DNA of 64,000 nucleotides, taken from Tubulanus polymorphus (taxonomy: Eukaryota; Animalia; Nemertea). This document shows, piece by piece, positions 51,746 through 63,199 of this stretch. Position numbers and translations under genes: made by a program. The number at the start of each line of letters is the position of its first letter. Position 1 is the first letter of the stretch. The stretch spans positions 10,933,947-10,997,946 of the forward strand of contig NC_134030.1 of the NCBI RefSeq assembly GCF_964204645.1, written 5' to 3'. The notes under the pieces are model-generated. The model was not told the DNA's origin, ran no database searches, and was given only the letters and a program-made list of their open reading frames with translations.

Positions 51746-52528
51746 ATTTTCACTGACAAAGGTTAAACACGGGTCAATTTTGTCGGAAAGATTCCACGCG
51801 TTCTAGTTCGTAAAATAGAATACTTTGCAGAATGTATTCTAAATCGCCGGGGAAAAAAACTTCGATAAGAATGTTGACCTTGAGCATTGAATCTTTTGAC
51901 GACACAACAAACAATGAAAAATATGCGATGATACGAAAATGTAAGCACATTCATGGATATTTTCTACCAATCTTTTTTGAATAAACATGCTTCAACCTGA
52001 ACGTGCTCTTAACTCTATTTCATTCACGACGAAAAACTTTAAAAATATACTTCTGCACTTAACGTCAAAATCTTGGCTAAACACACCATATTTACATCAT
52101 AGCTTCAATTGCTCTTCATAGATTTTACAGGTTATGAACTGATGAGAGGGAACCATTTAATCGCGTCGTCGGTAAGGTGAAGGTTTGAGCGTTCAAACAG
52201 TACTTCGTGATCGGACGATGTTGGCAGTTGAAATTGCTCCAAAGCCCGACAACAACCCGACTGCACAGGTTTCCTTTTTTCACCGATGTAAGGCGCACTT
52301 ATGAAACAAAAACGCCTTCCGGGTCTCAGTTAGCGTCTCGCCTTCATTTTCATGAGAAATACCCGTCAACAGTCTGCATATGATATTTTGCATTTGCTTG
52401 TTATATACGTAGTAGGCCCACATTGTCAAACTATACGTATATATGCTTGGCATTTTATTGTCATTAAAAGGTACACGTACAACATAAAATTTAAAATAAA
52501 CACATTCTAAACTAATTCTAATAACACA

Positions 52529-52676
<148 letters not shown>

Positions 52677-53581
52677 GGTCATGATAAGTAGTTCCGTGAT
52701 AATTGTAGATTCATGTGCTTCTCGCTTGACGACTATAGGATACCAGGGAAATCTTCAAATGCTATGCGCGATATCCGTTATTTGCCCCGTGTTATGCAAA
52801 TAACCGCGGATAACTGAACTACATATGATAAAATCTTACGTACTATTCATTTTTATATCAACGTATGCCAGAGTTCTCATGGACACGCGGGGCCTATCAA
52901 TAAAATATAACGATAAAAAGATTTTTCAGTGTTCTGGAGATGTTTCTGTCACAGAACTATGTTGTTATTCTTGGACGTTTCAGCGAAACAGATCTATTGA
53001 AGCGAAGATGAGCTAGCCCAGTTTATAGAAAATATACGGTTGTAACATTATTTTCATGAATCATGCAGCAGTGGCCATATCGCTAATTGTGTCTTATTCA
53101 TAGATAATTATATTATTGTGAATGTTACGTTCATATGGGGACAAAGATTCCTGCAATATTTGTGAAAGGTCGTGAATGCGATGATAGCGTTAGAAGCATT
53201 ATTTCCATGAAAAGGTTCATTATGAGGCGGTTGTGTTATATGCCATTTCTACTAGGCGTTATTAAATCTCTTCCCTTTACCTGTTCCATATTAAATCATT
53301 CGTTAATTATTGCTATGAATAGAAAGCGACACATATGAATGGCTCGTTGTCTCGTTGAAGGTCACCAATTCAGCGCTGTTTTGTACTTTATAAATGCAAC
53401 GCTATGAAAAACTTTCGACAGTAAATTGATTTTCGGTCCCATCGCTGTATCAGATGAAGTATTGATATTTCTTTTCGATTGGAAATAAAAACAAACAAAG
53501 CATATCAATAGAAGCCATTTGCCTAATCACTTAATGTCCTGAAATTTTTTTTAATGTGTTTTCTTTTCTTCTATTATCTAG

Positions 53582-54159
53582 AAAGCCAACAATGGGGTTG
53601 TCGTGAATTGCGGTCAAGACGAGTTTTCTCCGACGGGTTTTGTACGTCGATAAAACCAATAACAGAAGTTGTGTGTACGGGACATTGTCTGCCCACGGAC
53701 TTACCATGGTACGCCGAGTACCTGAAAGTGTGGTCGGCTAGAAAAATGGTCGAATATCGGTGCCACGACGATGTCGTGAAGAAAAAGCGCATTCGACTTT
53801 TGTGTAAAAACGGAGAACTGCGAACGTACAGGGTGAAAGTCGTACGAAGCTGTAAGTGTAAACGATATCTAAGGGAGCAAAATAAAACGAAAATTCCCGA
53901 GGTGCAAGATAAAAAGGACGCTAAAGACAAAGTGGACAAACGGACTGAAAAACGACAGCGTAGACGTAAACATAGAAACCGAGGCCGCGGTAGGGGCCGG
54001 GGCCGTCACCGTGGCCACAAGCGCAGGAAACACGGTAAAATAAAACAGGAGAAAGTAGACGGTAGCGATGTAACGCAAGTGGGTAAATCGGAAACTGAAA
54101 CGGCGACTAAGATTCATCCGATTGCAACTGTAACAAATGATCGCGACGCAACTACCTGA
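53582..54159 (+). CDS. SOST/SOSTDC1: Sclerostin/SOSTDC1-family secreted cystine-knot protein (DAN family), terminal coding exon
   Basis: Long pyrimidine tract ...ctattatctag|, phase 1. GCRELRSRRVFSDGFCTSIKPITEVVCTGHCLP...EYRC...RIRLLCKNGELRTYRVKVVRSCKCKRYLREQNKT matches SOSTDC1 GCRELRSTKYISDGQCTSISPLKELVCAGECLP...TACKCKRYTRQHNES. All 8 cysteines are present. Confidence 0.96.
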
Positions 54160-55498
54160 ATGCCAGTTCGATTGGATAATTGATCAGTGAAATATAATAT
54201 TGTGCTATATTTTTCTAAATAGGAACCATTTATAGCGAATGCAACGAAAATGCTGTTTTGAATTCCACTGTGACGCACAAAAAGTCTCTTATTGTTTCTG
54301 AAAAAGAGGTCAACTGCCGAGTATATGAGATCGGTGATATGCTATATTTACTCTCTCAGTCCGGGTGTCGCCATTTGCACTCGAAACAGCACGAAGCTGG
54401 ACGGGTATCAAGCAGGGAAAGAAAAATATACCAGTATCTTCAACGATATCTGAAAAAAAGTATACATACTAGATTATTATCATTATTATCAAAGACATGA
54501 AAAACGAATTTAACTAATGGATAAAAATTGAATTCTAGCTATCTACAAGCTGGGTTGTGATTGTACAGAGATTTAGTCCATCCAGTGTATATAACTTTAA
54601 ATAATGTTGTAATGTTTTCAATTCGGTTTTTAGCTATAGAGATTTCGCACAGATCGCCGGGCATTACGTATTACGTGCGCATACGTAACTTTTGTTGGCT
54701 GTTTCGACAACTCTACTTCTCGTTGCATTTAAAAATCTTATTAGATCTGATTATTACGTGTTATCTTGACAAAATGGTTTGCTAGCGTTCTCATAGTATG
54801 ACAAACTTCGGTCATTACTGTGTACACCGACGTCTTGTCCACGAAAAGTCGCCGCTTACGGAATATTTCTGCCCTTGTTCTAGCAGAACGTTGACATAAA
54901 GTAGCTATTTAGGCAGACTTTGCGGGTCCTTCCCGTTGTTATTTTTCGATTCTGTTTCGCGAGATTCGACGGCGTCTATAATGACGGGCGTTGGTGGACA
55001 AGATGGCGTGTATTTGACCGTAGGGTTTACCGTTGTAATATAAACAAGTAGTTTACTTAGAATCGCACAATATTCAACGTACAAACGAATCTTTTCGGAC
55101 AATTATTCGGCTGGAAACTGCGCAGCACTGTCGTTTGTGTATTTTTTTCATATCCTCGAAACCGATGAAATACCAACTAAAATTGGCAACCGCAGGCTAT
55201 GAAAATATTTCATAACCATTTCCATTGGACGAAAGCTTGATTTCGAAGGGAATCGAATTCCCAACTTTTGCGCGTGTCATCTGTTTTTCAGCGTTTCATT
55301 CTATTCTAACTGAAAAAAAGTAATGTGTAAATGTACTTGATATAGCCTAAACAGATGGGAACAGGTTAGTCGAATTTCAAATGTGATGTGCCTTACTTAA
55401 TTCCATCTTTATATTTTTGTGAAACGTCAAAAACTTTATAAATATATATGGTGTAAATCATGTTTGAAAATCTGTTTTGTGTAATGAAGTTATTTGTA

Positions 55499-55581
55499 AA
55501 TAAATCGTGTACATACAGAGATATGGAGGAACAGTGATTTCTCTACAAATGGAAATTACAATAAAATATGTATGAAATAAA
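55499..55581 (+). terminator. Cluster of candidate polyadenylation signals for the sclerostin-family gene
   Basis: AATAAA at 55499, 55560 and 55576 after an AU-rich stretch; T-rich sequence downstream. Confidence 0.55.
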
Positions 55582-56089
55582 CTGAAATGTCATTTTTGAT
55601 TTATCATTTTCTTAAAGTTTCAGGTCTCCTTTTAAAATTCACCGATACGGCACGCCTAACCAAAAATAAAAATACGCTTCTGTACTTTGGGGTCGTCGCG
55701 TATGCCTGGTAAGAGAACCATGTTACCAAAGTAGGGTGAACGCCGCGAAGGCCTATTATTTTGCTGTTTATAACTTAGTGTATTTGTACCCCATCATCAT
55801 TTAGCCTATCACATAGGCCTACTCAGGTACACTGGACAAACTTGGCATTGACCGTGAAGTTCTGGAAGGTTTTTTGAGGCCCTCGGCCCTTATGCCACAA
55901 CCGAAAATGTGTGATCACCCGGTAATTTGATTGGAAATGAAGCAATTTGCTAAAAAAACCTTTTGCACCGGTTACCGTACGCGAAAGTGGAATTAAAACC
56001 CCTTGGGTTCTCTAAAATAAGACCGGTGATGGTGATCATAGGCTAGCTGAGAGAAACGACCGAACCACAAACAGTGTCATTCACACAGA

Positions 56090-56862
56090 AATTATTCCAA
56101 ATTACGCAGGCTCTAAACCTAACTTTTGGATTAGATATGTCGATGACATTCTGTGCTTAGTTTCCGATGATTTTGATCCTCTTTTATCAACTTCATTAAT
56201 TCCCAATATCCATCTTCACTTTTGAATGGGAACAAAATGACCAAATTCCGTTTTTAGATGTTCTAATTCGCAATAAATATTCTCATTTGATTTTCTCAGT
56301 CTACAGTAAACCAACCAACGCTGAGGCATATCTTCTTTTCGTTTGCTGCTTAATCAATCAAAATTGGACTCGGCCTCTTTCTCCGTGCACTACGGATCTG
56401 CGATGAAACCTTCTCTTCGGCTGAATTAGACCACATTTCCAACTCCAAATTGGCTTACCCCGATCACATTTTGAAAATCGCTATTTCTAAGGCTAAATGA
56501 ACTTTCTTTAATTCTAAACCTAAAAATAAAGAACACATTTCAGAATTCATTGTAGTTCCGTATGTACGTTTTGGAACAGTTTCGCCACTCTTTCCCTTTA
56601 TTGGATAAACAATCATTTTTACGTATGAAGACAAAATTAGTAAGACTTAGGTAAAAAAAAAACCAATCAATCTAAACCTTTGGACTGCGGAGTTTACATT
56701 CGTTTCGGTTGTGACAAAATTTACTTCGGAGAAACTGATCGTGATTTAAAAACTCGAATTTCGGAACACAAAAACGATATTATCAATCAAAAACCGGCTA
56801 GTGGCGTAGCCAATTCTGGTTTGGAACACTGGTCATCGTTTTAATTTTGATAAAACCGAAGC
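56090..56862 (+). mobile_element. Degenerate Penelope-like retroelement fragment (RT C-terminal half plus GIY-YIG endonuclease)
   Basis: FWIRYVDDILCLV (YVDD at 56136-56147), FTFEWEQNDQIPFLDVLI...SVYSKPT, LFLRALRICDE, then CGVYIRFGCDKIYFGETDRDLKTRISEHK. Frameshifted. Confidence 0.93.
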
Positions 56863-57246
56863 TACAACGTAATTCGGGGAACAACGGCTACTAGTGTGCG
56901 ACAAGTGTGCGGAAAGAATATTGGTCGCGGGAAATCGAAATTTTTCGTGAAGTCCGCTCTCCGGAATATAGGGCTATAGCATAAAGTCCGTAACCACATT
57001 TTTGTCTTATCCTAGACGGCAGGTCGGTCGGTCGGTTTGATTTCGCGAAGGACGCAATTCGCATTATATTTAGCGATAGCATATTTATGATATTCAAGAT
57101 AGGTAGGCGCTTTTATAGGCCCCTTATACACACGTCCCGATAGAGGATTAGCTTTGGAGTCTAACCGCAGTGGCTTATCACAGTAGGCCTGGCTTGGGTT
57201 TCAAATCAAAGATAAGCGCCAATGCCAATGGCAAACGAAGTTTAAT

Positions 57247-57788
57247 ATGTCTATTTATTAATTGATGAGACCTGTTTTTCTGGGATATTTTGCTTACTTT
57301 TTGGGGTACATACCTCATTTATGTCTTAACAGAATGCCAAAAATCGCGGACAACAACTGAATATCTGATATATTTACAGTTCTGTACCAATTAGATGGAT
57401 TGGCAAAAAGACTCCTTAAGTCCAGTTTAATGAGAGAGAAAATCCTCCATTTTGTCAAATTTCTTGGATTTGAACATTGTTACCATGCCTACGCCACCCT
57501 GATTTAGTTGTTGAGACCCCACAAGAAAAATAACTTCATTTCGTAGGCATGGTGACGATGTTAAAATTCAAGAAATTTCACAAAATGGAGGATTTTCTCT
57601 CTCATTCAATCTGACTTAAGGAGTCTTTTTGCCAATCCATCTAATTGGTACAGAACTGGAAATATATCGGATATTCAGTTGTTGTCCGCGACTTTTGGCA
57701 TTCTGTTAAGACATAAATGAGGTATGTACCCCAAAAAGTAAGCAAAATATCCAAGAAAAACAGGTCTCATCAATTAATAAATAGACAT
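57247..57788. mobile_element. Foldback/MITE element with ~247-bp inverted arms and a 48-bp spacer
   Basis: 57247-57493 is the reverse complement of 57542-57788, with about 13 differences by eye (~95% identity). Confidence 0.92.
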
Positions 57789-58544
57789 TAGTTTACTCGG
57801 CATACGCTCCCTTGGGCCTTAGTGCTGAAAATGCTCGGCAGATGCTTGGAAATCCTAATCATTAGCATAACAAAATAATGTAGGTGGCGCCACGTGACGT
57901 TTTTCAGCATTACGCAAGTGTATGCTACGTAAACAATCGCTGATAGATGAAAACACAAACAAATTAATACCAATTCATTACTTATTTCTGAATGCAAATT
58001 CCTTACTGGACGAATTGATAGATAGTATTCGCAGATCAATTGATTATTAACAACATTACGGACCAAAACGTTGCACGTAGAGGAGGTGTGACAGACAGTA
58101 GATAGATCATACACGGATGTCCGCTCAGTTGGTCCGATGATTCTACTGAACGAGACGTACAACTAAATCACACACAGACGACTGAATCTTACGTGGATGA
58201 CCCCTCTGTTGAACATCTGACAACCATCATCCTAAACGGGCGGCGTGCTCCATCTTGTCACGTGCCAAACCACACACAAAACATGATGAAATTTAAATAA
58301 ATCGTTCACCCGTAAGGTTGCCTCACATGTTAGGTGCCATTGTTTTGATTAGGGTCCTTCCAACTAAATAAAATCAACAACGTGGGATCTTCATGAATAC
58401 CTCCAGGCGACTTGATTCAACTATTCGATGCGTCGACGACGTCCCAAGCGGAAGCACCATTTTCAACATAACCCCAGACCCCACTAGCGGCGTTATCTTA
58501 CAATGTACAATTAGACTGGGCCCACTACAAATTACCAAAGGCAG

Positions 58545-58950
58545 GTGATATTTTTTGCTGGCGCAGTATTATTCTAGTCGACACTATTTTGCTGATAACC
58601 CATTTTGATTAGTTAAACTAATGTGCGTTAATTAGAAAATTTTAGGGTTCAGCCGAGGTAGAGAAAATATACGGGCCAGCACAGCATATTGCTAGTGCAG
58701 CGTCTTCCCACTAGACTGAGGCTTGTTGTGAACTCCATCGAATGATATAGCACTTACCCTAGCCGTAGCGCTAAAACTAACCCAAACCCTCAAGACCCTA
58801 ACCTTAAACCTAATATGATATATTAAGTTTAAGGTTAGGGTCTAGAGGGTTAGGTTTAATTACATTATAATATTATTATTTGCAGTTTATCTTATGTAGA
58901 AGGTGGCAAAATAGTGATAACTGGAATAATGCTGCGTTGGCATAATGCTT
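58545..58950. mobile_element. MITE with imperfect TIRs and internal telomere-like (TAACCC/GGGTTA) motifs
   Basis: gctggcgcagtattattctagtcgacactattttgc pairs with gcaaaatagtgataactggaataatgctgcgttggc. Inner palindrome gaccctaaccttaaac...gtttaaggttagggtc. Confidence 0.65.
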
Positions 58951-59636
58951 ACTACTACAAATTGAGAAAATATATTCAAACAAAGAATAGTGGCCTATGT
59001 GAGCAGAGAACATTTTAGGATGCCTTGATGTGGCTTATTTCCAAAGAAAAATGAAAGAGCTGATATGCTTTCCGGATGTTAATCTCCATCTACATGTATA
59101 AGCCTATTATAGATAGCTGGATAGCTTATTAACTGAACTTAATGGAAAACGCGTTGTATATTCCCGCGGTGACATCACAGAAAATCCCAGCAAGTTCTAG
59201 CGCTATATGCGATTAAAATGTTCAGCCTGCCATGCGCATCACAAATATTTAAGACCATAGAATAACCATAGCTTATGACACACAATGTATGGGGATGTGA
59301 GACGCTATGAAAGGCCTGGGTGATCGAAATGAGAATGTCAATTCTTGTGTGTCAAAATGTTAGTTCCCTCTTCTATGTGGTACCTGGGATACTAGGTCAA
59401 ATCTTTGATTTGAACCCCCAAATATCGTGATATGCCCAGTTTGTTTGAAAGGACTTTGGGTGCCACAACTCATTCAGATTAGGTATAGTATACTTCAACT
59501 TGGGTTGCAACATTTTTTCAGTCAGGTGGCCCAGCTCAATTCAGTTTTGGTAGGTCTAGTTAGTAAGTAAAAACATAGGCAAAACAGTGCAGATCCATCC
59601 ATTCCTCTTGTGAATGACCCAAATATATTGAATTAA

Positions 59637-59888
59637 CCCTTTCAGTGCTGACTTATTGATACCCTATAGTGCTGGAGAAAATTCCACCCTAGTGTCTTGA
59701 ATAATTGGAATACCACCGTAGTGCGTCTACACCGCGGCGCGGTGTATTGTTAGTTACTAGTATTTCACTGTTTGACTGTTGCTACCATTTTTCAAGAGAG
59801 AGATAATTACTGATTACATCAATACACCACAGTGCGTTGTATTAACAAAATATATCACTGATTTATAGCCTACACCGCACTGAAAGGG
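59637..59888. mobile_element. piggyBac-type MITE
   Basis: TTAA|CCCTTTCAGTGC...GCACTGAAAGGG|TTAA: perfect TIRs with CCC/GGG ends and a TTAA duplication. Confidence 0.92.
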
Positions 59889-60221
59889 TTAAAGATTATA
59901 TTTATTATTAAATCAGAACATCTTGAGAAATTCAGGAGACCATATCAATAATTATTTTCAAAGAATATTAAAAAGGCCTTAGGCCTTAACTCCTGTGTTA
60001 GTGTCACTATCCTTGTAGGCTGGGCCAAAAAGAAGAAATTTTCAATTTTCATGCATCATAGTCTGAGCAAAGTACATTGCCTGGGGTCTACATGTTTGCC
60101 TAGGCCGAGGTTTTAAGCACTCCATCTCAAGACTGACAATTTATAACTGCCGGTAATTGTTACTGTGTTATCTATTACCAAAGTTTTTGCCTAACTTTTC
60201 CAGCTGTTTCATTAACAAACA

Positions 60222-60315
60222 ATGCCTGCTTTAATTGAACGACCGAAAATGACGAGGACGATGTATCAGTCCTTGAAACGACATATCATGCGAGAGCGTG
60301 ACAAAATTAAACAAG
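60222..60315 (+). CDS. GPS2: G protein pathway suppressor 2, first coding exon
   Basis: MPALIERPKMTRTMYQSLKRHIMRERDKIKQ matches human MPALLERPKLSNAMARALHRHIMMERERKRQ. An acceptor at 60203 implies a non-coding first exon; donor AAG|gtaagt. Confidence 0.95.
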
Positions 60316-61066
60316 GTAAGTTGGTCCCAGGGTTGCCTTGATTCCTCCCATTTTGCAGGAACGATATCAAATATTTAGTCAAACTCCCCTGCTTATCTTA
60401 GAAGAACTTTTTCCCTCCGTTACAATTCCACTTAACAAGGATAGTCCCCAAAATGGGTTGATGTCCTTGATAATACCGTCACAAACAGTCTTGTCTTATA
60501 TCCCCCTGAATGAATTTATTTCATTTTACTTGCTTATCATGTCCGTGAGCATCCTTGCTTGTAAGAATTGCCTCCTGCCAAAGCTCTCTCCAACACAAAT
60601 CCTGGCTGAAGACCCTCGAGTGGTCTACTACACCAACCAAGATTTCTTGTGCAGACAGGTTGCCGCTTAGCGGCCACCAGTCTGCCTAAGAAATCTTCGG
60701 TGTAGTAGACCAATGAAGGATTTGTGTTGGCTTGATCTTCGGCTGAAGGGAATCGAACCCTGTTAAGCAAGGATGGTTCCTGAGAATTTTCTTTGATTGT
60801 CCTTGATTCAACTTACATGTCGGCAACTCTGGTATGTCTTTTGACTTATGGCTGGTTGCACTTGGAACATGATAAAATAAAATCCTATTAGAGTTTACTT
60901 AAAACAGAGGAAGAAACCTTATTTCATTATACTGTACGACTTTACTCATCAGGGAATCGCCTCCCTGCTCCTAGCAACCCTGCCTGATCAAGGCTAAGAA
61001 AAGTGGAAGACAACTAATTAATTCTCTCGAGAATTGTCCAATTATCTATTCACAAAATTAATGTAG

Positions 61067-61298
61067 CTGAACAAGATCAAGAAGCAGCTGAAGAAAGGGT
61101 CCGAAAAGAACGGGAAATGCGAAAGAAGAAAGAACAAGAAGATTCATTGACGTTGGAACAAACGAAAGACCAAGTGTCTGAACTCGAAAAAAAACTGGAG
61201 TCTTTGAGAACTGAAAAACATGAATTGTTTTCATCATTGAAGAAGGTGCTGCATCATGAAGATGAAACGAAACGTCGAACTCAATTGAAAGAGCATAA
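61067..61298 (+). CDS. GPS2: GPS2 coiled-coil exon
   Basis: AEQDQEAAEERVRKEREMRKKKEQEDSLTLEQTKDQVSELEKKLESLRTEKHELFSSLKKVLHHEDE matches human SLEETKEQILKLEEKLLALQEEKHQLFLQLKKVLHEEE. Phase 1 to 2, donor gtatgt. Confidence 0.95.
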
Positions 61299-61453
61299 GT
61301 ATGTATGATTTCATGAACAGGTGTGGCAGGGTTCAGAGGTTGCAGGTGTTCCAATCACAGATATCTGAACTTTCTTAATCACTTGGTACATTTTTAGGCT
61401 GCTTGGTTTCTGTATTTGTTCACCTGGTGCATCTGAAATAGTCGGATTGGTTT

Positions 61454-62744
61454 TTAGCCCACTTGGGACTTTAGTCCCAGCGGGCTATTGCGTCCACATT
61501 TCATCCGTCGTCCGTCATAGCGTTCGTCCGTCGTAGCGTCCGTCCGTCCGTAGATGGAATCCAGTTATTTTGGGAAGTTCTGAAGACGCTTCAATGTAAT
61601 GTCTTGATATTTGGGTTATCCATGTATCTACCCTAGATACATCTTCAGCCCAAAAACTGGCCCTGTCAGAATCAAGATGGCTGACTGGGAGTCATTGTTG
61701 ATCGCCAAAATCAGCACTTTTTACACGTTTTTGAACTTTTTCAGCGAAATTTTGAAGAGGCTTTAATCAATTACCTTGATCTTTCATATATACTTGAATC
61801 CCCCGAGGGCCTATCAGCGTAACAAAAATTGGGTCGATCGGACTCAGATGGCCGTCCTATGACCTTTTAAGTGCCCAAAAATGTCAATTTTGGCCCGAAT
61901 TCTGAGTCCTGTAGCTTCCTACTGGTCTGCCATTTCTCATTGCAATTGCTGATGGGTATTCTTTGGAAAGGGATATTTTATACCTGGATAGGTATTTTTG
62001 ATGAGCCAATTATGACGCAATTGGCAGCCATCTTGGTGTCATCAGTACTCATTCGTAGGTGGGAAAAAGTTTTTCGACATTATATTGATATCTAAGCATA
62101 TTTTGTTACAACAATGAATTAGAAAGTTGTAGCTTATAACGTGTTCTATGATTGTGGTGAGTTTCGAGGTCATTGGTTTTTGTATATTGCCACCAGGGGC
62201 ATTGAATAATACAATATCTTAGTATTTCTATATTATATTTGTACCAATGCATATTTTGTTACCACAATCAATTGCAAAGTTGTAGCTCATGACATCATCT
62301 ATGATTGTGGTGAGTTTTAAGGAAATAAGTTATTCTATATGGTCACCAGGGGGCGTTGAATAGTAGAATAACCTAGTATTTCCTTATTATATTGGTACCT
62401 AGGCATATTTTATTACCATGATCAATTGCAAAGTTGTAGTTCATGACATGTTCTATGATTTTGGTGAGTTTCAAGGTCATTGGGTTTTGAATATGGTCAC
62501 CGGGGGGGGGGCGTTGAATAATAGAATAACATAGTATTTCCATATTAAATTGGTGATGAGGCATATTTTGTTATCACAATCAATTACAAAATCATAGCTG
62601 CTGACATGTTCTATGATTGTGGTGAGTTTCAAGGTCATTGGCTTTTGTATATGGTCTCCAGGGGGCGTTGAATATTGAAATAGTTAGATTGTTGGGCATT
62701 TGAAACCACTTCCCAAGTGGGCATGGTGTCCCTGGACCCCTAGT
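61454..62744 (+). mobile_element. Helentron-associated non-autonomous element (HINE/DINE-1-like) with four ~155-bp internal tandem repeats
   Basis: T-run insertion site; 5' hairpin tagcccacttgggact-tt-agtcccagcgggcta; (GTCC/CCGT)n microsatellite at 61504-61551; repeats at ~62065-62680; 3' subterminal IR cccaagtgggc, short stem-loop and ctagtt end. Confidence 0.85.
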
Positions 62745-62778
62745 TCCATAAGACATGTTTCTGTTATTTTTTCACCAG

Positions 62779-62911
62779 TGAGTTGTTACAAATGGGTCAG
62801 CATTATGCCCAGCAGATACCTGTCTCTCATCCGGTGTTTTTACATGGTGCTGCACATGCGGCTGGGCGTCCATCACTCTACAAGCCTCCTCAATCACATC
62901 ATATGATGCAG
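62779..62911 (+). CDS. GPS2: GPS2 third coding exon (NELLQMGQHYAQQIP...HHMMQ)
   Basis: ttattttttcaccag| 133 bp |gttaga, phase 2 to 0, in frame with both neighbours; Q/H/P-rich like the GPS2 C-terminal region. Confidence 0.85.
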
Positions 62912-62989
62912 GTTAGACTTCAAGTGTTAATTAACCTATGCTACATGTATTTCATTTTAAACTAATGTTTGTGAAATTGACTTTGATAG

Positions 62990-63143
62990 GGTATTAAACG
63001 ACCACGTAGTCCATCTCCACAGCCTTCACATCATCCACCAGTATCTGTGTATGGACAGCACTATCAGGATGGTAGTAAATATCCTCAGTCTTCTGGGTAT
63101 TCACAAAGTAAGGTTCAACAAGGTCCTTACGGTCCTCAACAGA
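62990..63143 (+). CDS. GPS2: GPS2 fourth coding exon (GIKRPRSPSPQP...GPYGPQQ); the gene continues past the window
   Basis: ctttgatag| open frame |gtaagt, phase 0 to 1, after a 78-bp intron. Confidence 0.85.
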
Positions 63144-63199
63144 GTAAGTACTACAAAAATCTAGTAAAATCACGTGGTTTTGTCTTCATCTGCTGTTTG

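Noticed and set aside
62065-62680. Regularly spaced repeats resembling a CRISPR array
   Set aside because: Units are contiguous ~155-bp tandem repeats without unique spacers, inside a eukaryotic transposon; no cas genes.
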